Shown piece by piece: positions 38,911-50,174 of a stretch of DNA of 64,000 nucleotides (its first letter is position 1; each line of letters opens with the position of its first letter). Both the position numbers and the translations under genes were made by a program. The DNA is from Squalus acanthias (Eukaryota). The stretch spans positions 23,498,001 to 23,562,000 of the forward strand of contig CM059431.1 in NCBI GenBank assembly GCA_030390025.1. The letters run 5' to 3'. A model generated the notes under the pieces. The model searched no databases and was not told where the DNA came from. It was given only the letters and a program-made list of their open reading frames with translations.

Positions 38911-39653
38911 GGGCTGGATTTTGCCAAATGGGAGGTTTTTGGAGGCGGGACTCCCACTTGCCGGGTTTCAGTCCCGCCTCCATCAACTTCTGGCCAAACC
39001 CACACTATTTTCCCTTGATTGACCATGTTAAGCCCGCCCAGCGGGCTTAGCAGGCCAATTAAGGGAAAGCCGGTTACAAAGAACGTCAACATATGACCTT
39101 TCATCTGTCAAAAATGTTGACAGATGAATTGTCATTGTTTGACAGCTCTGTGAAGCTGTCAAACACTGACATTCTCTGTAGTTTGATGAGTTCTTGAATA
39201 CAAGAACTCATCAAACCTCTTTCTTTTGCAGAAATTAGATGGTTGTTGCATTGGAGAATTCAACAGCCATCTGTCATCTCTACCGCGGAGGTGCGAAACT
39301 CCCCACATACCCACTGTTTGAAGCCTGCAGGAAGAAACAAAGGTAAGTAATCTTTTTTTAACACTTTCCACTTACCTCACATACTCACCTCTCCACACTT
39401 GCACCCATCACTTACCTTCACAGCGCACTTTTGACCCCCGCAGACCCACTGCTCGCCTCGGTGACCCTGGCAGGGTTCGCAGCCTTCGGGAAGCCCGCAC
39501 TTGTGTGGGCAAAATGGGGATAATCCTCTTATCTGCCTGTTAACTACCTGTTAACAGGCAGATAAGTGGCACTAAGTGGGTTGGGCACCCGCCCCCAAAT
39601 TCTGCCATTTTCCCGGCAGACCCGCCCCCCCCAGGGCTGGCAAAATCCAGCCC
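38911..39653. mobile_element. PIF/Harbinger-like MITE
   Basis: Perfect 16-bp TIR GGGCTGGATTTTGCCA / TGGCAAAATCCAGCCC; 3-bp AAA duplication. Confidence 0.82.
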
Positions 39654-39835
39654 AAAGAGTGTAACTTCACTTTGGAAACATCCACAAGCAATTGATTTTT
39701 TTTTTAAAAAGCAGCAAGGGTAAACCTGCCTCTGTGATAGATTCCTGCATAGCTGTTATAACAAGACCATTTATCATGCCCTGATATTTGCATTCTCTGA
39801 GGAAGTCACATATCCAGCATTTTCATCAGATATCC

Positions 39836-40150
39836 CTTCGACAGCACCTCCCAAACCTGCGACCTCTACCACCTAGAAGGACAAGGGCAGCAGGTGCATG
39901 GGAACACCACCACCTCCAAGTTCCCCTCCAAGTCACCATCTTGGAAATGTATCGCCGTTCCTCCGTTCCTTCATCGCTGGGCCAAAATCCTGGAACTCCC
40001 TCCCTAACAGCACTGTGGGAGTAGCTTCACCACACGGACTGCAGCGGTTCAAGAAAGCCGCTCACCACCATCTTCTCAAGGGCAGTTAGGGATGGGCAAT
40101 AAATGCTGCCTTTGCTAGCGATGCCCACATCACAGGAGCGAATAAAAAAA
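39836..40150 (+). mobile_element. LINE family B 3' end
   Basis: Same 3' UTR and polyA as other copies. Confidence 0.87.
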
Positions 40151-42865
40151 AGTCTGTTTCTCAGAAGCCGGAATACGATACCATATTGAAGGCTCCAGAG
40201 CTCTATGGCTGACTGTGCTATGCATTAAGAAAATCACTCAATTTCAGGGCTGTGTGATTGAGAGAGTCAACAAGTCAAGGGCCTAAATCAGATTGACAAT
40301 CACATGGTATCTGGTTTGAGATGTTGTAGCAGCTACTTATTCGCTCTGATTACTGTGACAGATTGGCAGTAAGGATATTGGACTAGTTATCAAACTCTGA
40401 CTATATCCTTGTGGGAAAAGACAATGTTTACTCCTGTCCACTGGGATAAGACAACACCAGTTGACAGGGACCACTGAAATAGACAAGCGGGGAGCAGCTA
40501 ATTGTTTGGGTAGGGTTTTGAAATCCTGGTCTGGGTTGGCTGGCTTTTCTCCTCCCAGTTACAGTATTAAAAAAAGTTATTATTTTTACTGAACATTGTT
40601 GCTTACTTTGTTTTAAATTAGAGGAAATAATTATTCCTTAACCACAGCTTTGTATAATAACAATGTGCTAGATGTTGCATATACCAAGTGCTTTAATAAT
40701 AACTTTGGACTGCTAGCAAGAAATTCAGACATTTTAATTGCAGCCTCCAGTTCCCTGAGAATACTTCTTTCCCCCTCTAAGTCTCTTCCTTTTTTAACCC
40801 TCTCCTGAAGGTAGTGACCTATGTTGAGGAATGATTCATGGGCACCTGTACTTTGTCAAAGCAGCAATTACCCACTGAAGTATTGGGGAAGCTATGTACA
40901 TTTTCTAACTCTGATTTTAAGTCCTTGTTATTCTGTCAAACTGCTGTTCTTGCTGTGTGCCAAGAACTGCATCATTCACAGGGGAATGGAGACTGTGATT
41001 AAAAGATCTGAATTTCTTGCTACCAGTCCAAAACTCTGTTGTTAAAACACTTTGTCCATTGAAAATGCAGTCTATTTTTATTATACAAAATTGTGGTTGA
41101 GGAATAATTAAAAATAACTTCCTCTGACTTAAAACAAACTAGTTAACAATGTTTCAGTGAAAATAATGTACTTCTTAGTACTGTGACTGGAAGGAGAAAA
41201 GGTGGCCAGCCCACAACAGAGAAATTCTACAATCATCACTCACTACTCCAGGATCATCCTGGAATGGAGAGGTAGACCCTGGCTTTTTCTCTACTACCAA
41301 CTATCTCCTTTAACCCCTCTCCCCTGCCCCCTCCACACTCCCCTCCAACAAGTGCTGAGAGCTCATGGACATCTTTGTCACTAAGATTGAGACCTGCCTC
41401 TGTGGCATCCCTCCCTTCCCCTTGCCAATCAGGCCAACCAAGCCAAACTTCCTCCAAAGCTCTCACTTGCCTCACCCCTGAATCCACGACTTTCTCTATC
41501 TTCTCTCCTATCTCCCCTATGCGCTCTCCGAGCACATCATGTCCATGGGACCCACCTCCTGCTCTCTCAACCCCATTCCCACTAAGCTGCTTGCCATCCA
41601 ACTTCCCTGCCTAGCCAACTTCCATCCCATGCTAGCTGACATTGCAAATGATTCCCTCTGCTTGGATACAGACCCCCTCCCTTTCAAAACCACCCTCCTC
41701 TAAAATCCCACCTTTGTCCCCTTTGTCTTACAAGCTACCACCCCATCTCCAACCTCCCTTTCTTCTCCAAAGTCCTTGAAAGTGATGTCTCCTCCCAAAT
41801 CCATGACCATCTTTTATGCAACTCTATGTTTGAACCTCTCCAATCAGGTTTTCGTCCTTGCCATAGCACTGAAACAGCCATAATCAAAATCTCAAATGAC
41901 ATCCTCTGTGGCTGTGAGTGTGGTGTAGCATCCTTCTCAACCTCTCTGGAGCCTTTGATACGGTTGAACAACAACCTCCCTTCAACGCCTCTCCTCTGTT
42001 GTCCAGCTGAGTGGATCTGCCCTCTCTTGGTTCTAGTCTTACTTATACAATCATAGCCAGAGCATCTCCAGCAATGGTTCCTCCTCATGCCCCCACACTG
42101 CTACCTCTGGAGTCTCCCCGGGAACTATCCCTGGCCCTCCTCTTCCTAATCTACATGCTGCCTCTTGACATCATCCGCAGACATGGCATCAGGTTCCACA
42201 CATACACAGACAGTATCCACCTCAACCTTTCCGCTACGTCCTGCATGAGCTGGAAGTTCATCCAGTTAAACATTGGGAGGAGCAAAGACGATGGCATACT
42301 CCATACTCTCGCCACCAATTCCAGCCCCCTCCTGGTCACTGTCTCAAGTTCAAGCCAACTGTTTGCAACCTCAGCATCCTATTTGACCCTGAGCCGAGCT
42401 TCCAACCCCATAGCCCCTCCATCATAAAGACTGCCTACTTCCACCTTCGTAATATTGCCCGTCTCTGCCCCTGCCTCAGCCCATTTGCTGCCGAAAACAT
42501 TCATCCATGCCTTTGTAACTTCCAGACTCGACTGTTCCAATGCTCTCCCATCCTTCACCCTCCATAAACTTCAGATCATCCAAAACTCTGCTGCCTGTAT
42601 CCTTTCTCACAGCAAGTCCCGTTCAAAAAGGTGCCGTCTTTGGGATGAGATGTTAAACTCTCAGGTGGGCGTAAAAGATCCCATGGCACTATTCAAAGAA
42701 GAGCAGGGGAGTTCTCCCGGTGTCCTGGCCAATATTTATCCCTCAACCAATATCACTAAAACAGATTATCTGGTCATTATCGCATTGCTGATTGTGAGAA
42801 CTTGAGTGCAAATTGGCTGCTGTATTTTCCTACATTAGAACAGTGACTGCACTTCAAAATGACTT

Positions 42866-43425
42866 ATTGTATACTGTATTCGCTGCTCACGATGCAGTCT
42901 CCTCTACATTGGGGAGACCAAACGCAGATTGGGTGACTGCTTTGCGGAACATCTCCGTTCAGTCCGTAAGGGTGACCCCGAGCTTCCGGTCGCCTGTCAC
43001 TTTAATTCTCCGCTCCACTCCCACTCTGACCTCTCTGTCCTCTGTTCCAATGAAGCTCAACATAAGCTCGAGGAACAGCACCTCATCTTTTGATTAGACA
43101 CTTTACAGCCTTCTGGACTCAACATTAAGTTCAACAATTTCAGACTATAACCCTGCCACCCCCCCCCCCTTTTTTTCAGGCGGCGGCTGTTGATGATTCT
43201 GCCATCCCCATTTGCAACATGTAATCTCTCCTGCCTTCAAATCTAGCACAGACCGTCCCTTTAGTTCCTCCCCCCCCCCCCCCCCCCGCACCTGCTTAAA
43301 ACCTGTTACATCTCCAACTTTTACCAGTTCTGACGAAGGGTCACAGACCTGAAACGTCAACTCTGTTTCTCTCTCCACGGATGCTGCCTGGCCTGCTGAG
43401 TGTTTCCAGCATTTTCTGTTGTTAA
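42866..43425 (+). mobile_element. Penelope-like element 3' fragment, family 2: GIY-YIG endonuclease remnant + pLTR
   Basis: Translates VYCIRCSRCSLLYIGETKRRLGDCFAEHLRSV...HKLEEQHLIF*LDTLQPSGLNIKFNNFR; 13-bp TSD ttcaaaat(g/t)actt. Confidence 0.88.
43326..43362 (+). ncRNA. Minimal type-I hammerhead ribozyme motif (PLE family 2)
   Basis: AGUU-CUGACGA-A-GGGUC(ACA)GACCU-GAAA-CG-UC^AACU; stem I AGUU/AACU, palindromic ACGU stem III, GUC cleavage triplet (cut after 43358). Confidence 0.82.
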
Positions 43426-44379
43426 TTCAAAATTACTTTATTGGCTGTAAAGCGCTTTGGGACGTCCTGAGGTTGTGAAAGGCGCTATATAAATGCAAGT
43501 TCTTTCTTTCACCCATCACCCCTACGCTCACTGAACCACATTGGCTCCTGGTCCCCCAACACCTCAAATAAAACTCTCTGCCTCCTGTCTTACTCCCTTC
43601 ATGTCCTCACTCTTCTCTATCGCTGTGACCTCCTCCAGTCCTACAACCCTCTGAGAAACTCTGCATTCCTCCAGCTTTGACCTCTTGTGTATCCTCCACT
43701 CTCTTCGTCCCACCATTGGTGGCCGGGCCTTTCGCCTTCAGTGCCCAAAGCTCTGGAATTCCTTGCCTCAACCTCTCTGCATCTCCTCTGACGGTACAAA
43801 ATGCGTGAGGGTTAAATCCCAGTCACATTGAACTCATTGGACGGCGTGTAGCGCAGTCGCACAATTTGTGGCAGTCAAACAGAACACCTCTGTTCTATCT
43901 CTTATCGAATATTCAGGATGGCTGGATTTCACACTTGAGAAATGTGAAAAACGTTTATGTTTGCTTGAGACAAAAACAGCAAGAATTAAACAACGAACGG
44001 CTGTCACAGTTAACTATCGGAAATCAGATTGTAAATGAAATGATTCTGTGATCTATATTCTGGAGCAAAACCAATATATGGTAAAACAAATGACTGGGTG
44101 AGAAAAGTTGAAGAAAAATCTTGAAAGTGAACTATATCTCGTGTATATAAAGGCATCGCGGGCTGTGAATATAAAGCTTGGATTCAAATTCGGGGGTCCG
44201 GTCCACGGATTCCCAAATTTGCTCATTTCCAACATTATCTGTGTCTATATTATCTTTTCACTTCGCTCCTACTTTCGTTCTCTTATCGTGGTTTTATTTT
44301 TTTATCTAGCGGAGTTTAATATTTGTCATTCAGAAACAGAAGATGTTTGAAATGCTGGTGGTTTCCGTACCTGCAGACA

Positions 44380-44560
44380 GCCCTTACTGACCAGTGTGAA
44401 TGTTCCAGGATCACGATCCCTCTCCCATTCCATTCACTGTAGAACGGAAGAGCAGCGAGGCGAATCCGAGCACCGCCCACCACCCGCTTTAAACAAGAAG
44501 CAGATTCCCCGGCTGAACAACTGAAAAGCTGGCAAGCTGCACCGGTCCGGCCACACAGGG
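44380..44560 (+). promoter_or_regulatory. THSD1: Putative THSD1 promoter / non-coding exon 1
   Basis: Local CpG enrichment, ACGGAAG (ETS-like) at ~44444, CCGCCC GC-box at ~44473, donor GG|GTAAGA at 44561. TSS not determinable. Confidence 0.5.
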
Positions 44561-44601
44561 GTAAGAGGGGCTGAGAGCTCGGAACAGGCCGGCAAACAGA
44601 C

Positions 44602-45215
44602 GTGAGAGACCCAGAGCCGGACTGTCAGACAGAGAGAGACCAGAGAGAGAGAGAGAGAGCGAGAGCCGGACTGTCAGACAGAGAGACCAGAGAGAGAGAG
44701 AGACCCAGACTGTCAGACAGAGAGACCAGAGAGAGAGAGAGACCCAGACTGTCAGACAGAGAGACCAGAGAGAGAGAGACCCAGACTGTCAGACAGAGAG
44801 ATCAGAGAGAGAGAGACCCAGACTGTCAGACAGAGAGAGAGAGAGACTAGAGAGAGAGAGAGACCCAGACTGTCACAGAGAGAGACTAGAGAGAGAGAGA
44901 GACTAGAGAGAGAGAGACTAGAGAGAGAGAGAGAGAGAGACCCAGAGCCGGACTTTCAGACAGAGAGAGACTAGAGATAGAGACCCAGACTGTCACAGAG
45001 AGACTAGAGAGAGAGAGAGACCCAGACTGTCACAGAGAGACTAGAGAGAGAGAGACCCAGACTGTCAGACACAGAGAGACTAGAGAGAGAGACAGAGACC
45101 CAGACTGTCAGACAGAGAGAGTCCAGAGAGAGAGACCCAGAGCCGGACTGTCAGACAGAGAGACTAGAGAGAGAGAGAGCCAGAGCCGGAGAGTCAGACA
45201 GAGAGACCCAGACAG
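44602..45215 (+). repeat. GA-rich minisatellite (~37-39-bp unit cccagactgtcagaca(ga)n-cca/cta-(ga)n)
   Basis: About a dozen degenerate units directly visible. Confidence 0.93.
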
Positions 45216-45629
45216 TCGGTGCCAGCTGGAAGTACGGTCCAAGTGACAAAATAGGTCCGAATTTTTTAAAGATACCGAATTATAAATAGCGCCTTTCAGA
45301 ATTTTTTTGATAAACTGAATGATTGGCACAATCTTCAATAGGAAATCCTGATTTTATTGATCATTTTTACTATTTCGTGAGAGATTGGCAGCACCTTTGA
45401 AGTAGCTTATATTAAATTTCTGTTACTTATTTACACTTCTATTCAGTTGTATTTAGTTCTTATGCTTTGTTTAACTCGATTTTGTTTAAGTTATGCATTT
45501 TGTCCGGTTGTGATTTCCTCAGGGTTGTGTTTGTGTGGAACGGATAGCATTGCAATAATCATGAGGCTTTGAGTATGAGAAAAGACATGAAGAGTGAGGA
45601 GAAACCGAGTTCGCACACCAGTGTTCGGA

Positions 45630-45699
45630 ATGAAACAGCCTCTGACCCGAAGTCTCCCAGGTTTTACACACGTGCTGGTGCTGGCACTGTGTGGATATG
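45630..45699 (+). CDS. THSD1: THSD1 first coding exon (exon begins ~45523; signal peptide)
   Basis: ATG; MKQPLTRSLPGFTHVLVLALCGY + G; GTGAGT donor, phase 1; resembles the THSD1 N-terminus (MK...LLLVVLCDY). Confidence 0.85.
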
Positions 45700-45763
45700 G
45701 TGAGTGCAACAAGATCCAAGCAAGGATCACATGAATATCCGCGTTCGATGAACAGTGTCAATA

Positions 45764-46504
45764 TCATTGAATCATAGAAATTTACAGTACAGAAGGAGGC
45801 CATTCGACCCAATCCCACTTTCCAGCTCTTGGTCCATAGTCTTGTAGGTTACGGCACTTCAAGTGCATATCCAAGTACTTCTTTAATGTGATGAGGGTTT
45901 CTGCCTCTACCACCCTTTCAGGCAGTGAGTTCCAGACCCCCACCACCCTCTGGGTGAAAAAAGTTCTCCTCAACTCCCTTCTAATCCTTCTACTATAGAA
46001 TCATAGAAATTTACAGCACAGAAGGAGGCCATTCCATCCATTGTGTCTGTGCCGGCAGAAAAGGAGCTCTCCAGCCTAATCCCACTTTCCAGCTCTTGGT
46101 CCGTAGCCCTGTAGATTACGGCACTTTAAGTGCATATCCAGGTACTTTTTAAATACGATGAGGGTTTCTGCCTCTACCACCCTTTCAGTGAGTTCCAGAC
46201 CCCCACCACCCTTGGGGTGAAAAAAGTTCTCCGCAACTCCCCTCTAAACCTCCTACCAATTACTTTAAATCTATGCCCCCTGGTTATTGCCCTCTCTGCT
46301 AAGGGAAATAGGTCCTTCCTATCCACTCTATCAAGGCCCCTCATAATTTTATACACCTCAATCAAGTCTCCCCTCAGCCTCCTCTGTTCCAAAGAAAACA
46401 ACCCCAGCCTATCCAATCTTTCCTCATAGCTAAAATTCTCCAGTCCTGGCAACATCCTCGTAAATCTCCTCTCTACCCTCTCTAGTGCAATCACATCTTT
46501 CCTG
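45764..46504 (-). mobile_element. CR1 3' fragments in tandem (45764-45993 and 45995-46504)
   Basis: RKDVIALERVERRFTRMLPGL...FFTPRVVGVWNSL; the 3' ~230 nt occur twice. Confidence 0.88.
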
Positions 46505-46756
46505 TTCAACAGTATATAAAGAAGTTGAAGCAATGTGGTTGCGACGATATTCGAGCAAGGCTAGAATGTTGCCTTAGGAAAGTAGCGATTTTAATTCCCA
46601 CTGTACTGCAATGTATGCAGGTAGCCAAAATATTGCATCTGTTGTGTGACTAACAATTAGGAAATATTGGTTTAGTTACTCCAACAGCTGTTTTATTACG
46701 GACAACTTCTACAAAGTATAAAATACAGCGCGAATGAAGGAAATCCCATACATTCT

Positions 46757-48505
46757 GGGATAATGGGACTCAAGGCGGATAAATCACCTGGACCTGATGG
46801 CTTACATCCTAGGGTCTTGAGGGAAGTGGCGGTAGGGATTGTGGATGCATTGGTAATAATTTTCCAAAACTCCCTGGACTCAGCAAAGATCCCGGCAGAC
46901 TGGAAAACTGCTAATGTAACACCCTTATTTAAAAAGGGCAGTAGACAGAAGGCTGGAAACTATAGACCGGTTAGCCTAACATCTGTGGTAGGTAAAATTT
47001 TGGAGTCCATTATTAAGGAGACAGTAACGGGACGTTTGGATAATCATAATTTAATAGGACAAAGTCAGCATGGTTTTATGAAGGGGAAGTCATGTTTGAC
47101 AAATTTGCTGGAGTTCTTTGAGGAAGCAACATACAGGGTGGATAAAGGGGAACCAGTGGATGTGGTGTATTTAGACTTCCAAAAGTCATTTGACAAGGTG
47201 CCACACAAAAGATTATTGCTTAAGATAAAAAATCACGGGATTGGGAGTACTATTCTGGCATGGATAGAGGATTGGCTATCTAACAGAAGGCAGAGAGTTG
47301 GGATAAATGGTTTATTCTCAGACTGGCAATCAGTAACTAGTGGTGTTCCGCAGGGGTCAGTGCTGGGTCCCCAACTCTTTACAATCTATATTAACGATTT
47401 GGAGGAGGGGACCGAGTGTAACATATCAAAGTTTGCAGATGATACTAAGATGGGAGGGAAAGTAGTGAGTGAGGAGGACATAAAAAATCTGCAAGGGGAC
47501 ATAGACAGGCTAAGTAAGTGGGCAGAGATTTGGCAGATGGAATACAATACTGGAAAGTGTGAGGTTATGCACTTTGGCAGGAAAAATAGTAGAGCAAGTT
47601 ATTATCTTAATGGCAAGAAACTGGAAAGTACTGAAGTACAAAGGGATCTGGGGGTCCTGGTGCACGAAACTCAAAAGGTTAGTATGCAGGTGCAGCAAGT
47701 GATTAAGAAGGCCAATGGAATGTTGGCTTTCATTGCTAGGGGGATAGAATACAAAAATAGGGAGGTATTGCTTCAGTTGTACAGGGTATTGGTGAGACCG
47801 CACCTGGAATACTGCATACAGTTTTGGTGTCCATACTTAAGAAAAGACATACTTGCTCTCGAGTCAGTACAAAGAAGGTTCACTCGGTTAATCCCGGGGA
47901 TGAGGGGATGGACATATGAGGAGAGGTTGGGTAGATTGGGACTCTACTCATTGGAGTTCAGAAGAATGAGAGGCGATCTTATTGAAACATATAAGATTGT
48001 GAAGGGGTTGGATCGGGTGGATGCGGGGAGGATGTTCCCAATGATGGGTGAAACTAGAACTAGGGGGCATAGTCTTAGAATAAGGGGCTGCTCTTTCAAA
48101 ACTGAGATGAGGAGGAACTACTTCACTCAGAGGGTGGTTGGTCCATGGAATATGCTGCCCCAAAAAGCTGTAGAAGCTACATCATTACATAAATTTAAAA
48201 CAGAAATAGTCAGTTTCCTAGGAGTAAAGGGAATTAAGGGTTACGGGGAGCGGGCAGGAATTTGGACATGAGTCTAGGTTCGGATCGGTCATGGCCCTGT
48301 GGGTAGCGTAGCGGGCCCAGGGGCCGTGCAGCCTGATCCTGCTCCTATTTCGTGTGTCCAATTCTGTTAGGTTCAGGAGATGGTTCTGTGATAGTAGATT
48401 GGCGGTTAGGATCAGATCAGCCATGATCTTATTGAATGGCGGAGCAGGCTCGAGGGGCCAATTGGCCTACTCCTGCTCCTATTTCTTATGTTCTTATGTT
48501 CTTAT
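46757..48505 (+). mobile_element. 5'-truncated young CR1 LINE with an uninterrupted RT ORF (46763..48271, 502 aa)
   Basis: KSPGPDG, NYRPVSLTS, QHGFMKGKSCLTNL, YLDFQKSFDKVPH, GVPQGSVLGP, KFADDTK; tail ends in (ttcttatg)n. Confidence 0.96.
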
Positions 48506-49179
48506 TCTCATGCACTATAGGCTAATCTCATAGACGCATAATTGGTTTCAAGTTAAAAGCAAATGAACATAAAGTAAATACCTTATTGCAGCAACCCCAA
48601 TTTAAGATCAACAAGAACATAGTTCTTAAATACTTTATGTATGACGCACTTTTGGACTTCGTAATTAAAGTTTTGGTCCTTTTAAGAAGGTAGAATTAAA
48701 ATTGGAATTACAAATCATTAAAAAAAATATTTTTAATAAATATTAGAAGTGAATGTTCCCGGCTGGTCGAACAGAAAACTTTAAGGGCTTTTAAAAAGGA
48801 AATGGACAATTTTCCAGGACTCCTGGTCATTAAATGAAAATAATCTAGAAATGTCTCATGAAATAAAGGAATAATCGGACAGGTTTGCTCAACGGACCAA
48901 TGATCTTCTGTCCGAAATATATCACTATGACATTCTAAAGATTTCACATTTGATAGTAAAAGTCAAATTCAGAGTAAGATTTTGGATTTCTAAACTTCCA
49001 TTTTTTTTTTAAAAAGTGCATTTCAGAGAAATCAGATTCTCAGCGCTTCAGATGTGAGCACTGTAACCTCATTGTAGCTCTCCCCCTACACCCGCACTGC
49101 AACCTTTCCACTAATAAAATGGCTAATATGGGATACTAATGGTGCAATAAATTAGAGTCAGTGCCAGAACACTGATTGG

Positions 49180-49720
49180 TGCTTTTGTCACCTCCAGACT
49201 CAATTACTCCAATATTATCTTCACTGATCTTCTATTGTCCACACTCCACAAACTCCACCTTGCCCAAAATACAACCACAATTTTTCCTGTCCTGCACTAA
49301 GTTCTGCTCACCCACTGCCCCCATCCTCATTGACCTACACTGCCTCATCATCCAGCAGTACATTAAATTTAAATTCCTTGTTTTCATCGTCAGATCTCTC
49401 CATGGCTTTGCACTTCCTTACCTCTGTAACTTCCTCCAGCCATAATTCTCTGCCCGCGCCTGTTGGTCCCCATAACACCAGTTCTCTTGTATCTCCCCTT
49501 CCCTTTGCCCCATCATTGGTGGCAGTGCTTTCAGTCACCTCAGTCTTCCTATCTGGAACTCCTTCCCTAATTCCTCCTCCTCTCTGTCCTACTTTAGAAT
49601 CCTCCTCAAAACCTACCTTTACAACCTAGCTTTCAGTCACCTCTCTCCCTTGACTCAGAGTTTGTTGCCCATAATATTCCTTTTTAAAGTACCTTGAGAT
49701 GTCTTGTATGTTGTTGTTAT
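49180..49720 (+). mobile_element. Degenerate L2 3' fragment
   Basis: tgcttttgtcacctccagactcaattactccaa...; similar to 42500-43790; ends in ttgttgtt. Confidence 0.65.
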
Positions 49721-50174
49721 AGTTTCCAAAATCAGGATCACAATTACTACATTTGAATCAAATGTGTATACACAACTGCCTATACTGGCTTACTCAGTGA
49801 TGTATTTGATTTCCATAGAACAAGTTTCATGGTCATAATTACATATTATTTAGTAATGTATAAAATCAGTTCTTATTAACTTCAAGTGTTAATCTGTCAT
49901 TTATTCCATGTTATTAGTTTGTTGATTTTTATATACTGTAGACTGTACAAAGATACCATATGAGATATATTTTATATGATGGCAAGTAATATACAGGTAC
50001 GGTATTTCAAAGAATTTCACAATTTGGGGTATTGAAATCACAGTTATGAGACTGTACAAGTAAATCACAATGTAGGGTATGGCTCAAATATAACTTTTTC
50101 ATTTTCATTATGAGTTCAAGTGGTCACATTTTTCCTTTTGGCTGTAACTGAAAATAGGAAAGCATCTGCTCATA

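Larger units (their letters stand above)
42626..43510 (+). mobile_element. 5'-truncated Deu-domain SINE split by a PLE (42626-42865 and 43426-43510)
   Basis: Deu core before the insertion; tail ttggctgtaaagcgctttgggacgtcctgagg...atataaatgcaagt after it. Confidence 0.82.
41230..43790 (+). mobile_element. Degenerate L2-type LINE hosting nested SINE and PLE insertions
   Basis: FEPLQSGFRPCHSTETAIIKISNDIL, LFLIYMLPL, TFIHAFVTSRLDCSNA, KLQIIQNSAACIL: L2 RT motifs. Confidence 0.82.

Noticed and set aside
44602-44850. 82-aa ORF with RERERPRLSDRET repeats (looks like an RS/RE-rich protein)
   Set aside because: It is only the translation of the 39-bp GA minisatellite unit; no ATG start and no splice support.
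44602-45215. Repeat-spacer-like periodicity suggesting a CRISPR array
   Set aside because: The spacers are (GA)n runs rather than unique sequences, there are no cas genes, and the context is vertebrate.
46763-48271. 502-aa RT ORF as a domesticated host gene or retron-like system
   Set aside because: It starts at a 5' truncation point, lacks the endonuclease, ends in a CR1 tail and is similar to the broken copy at 4208-6723; a young insertion explains it.
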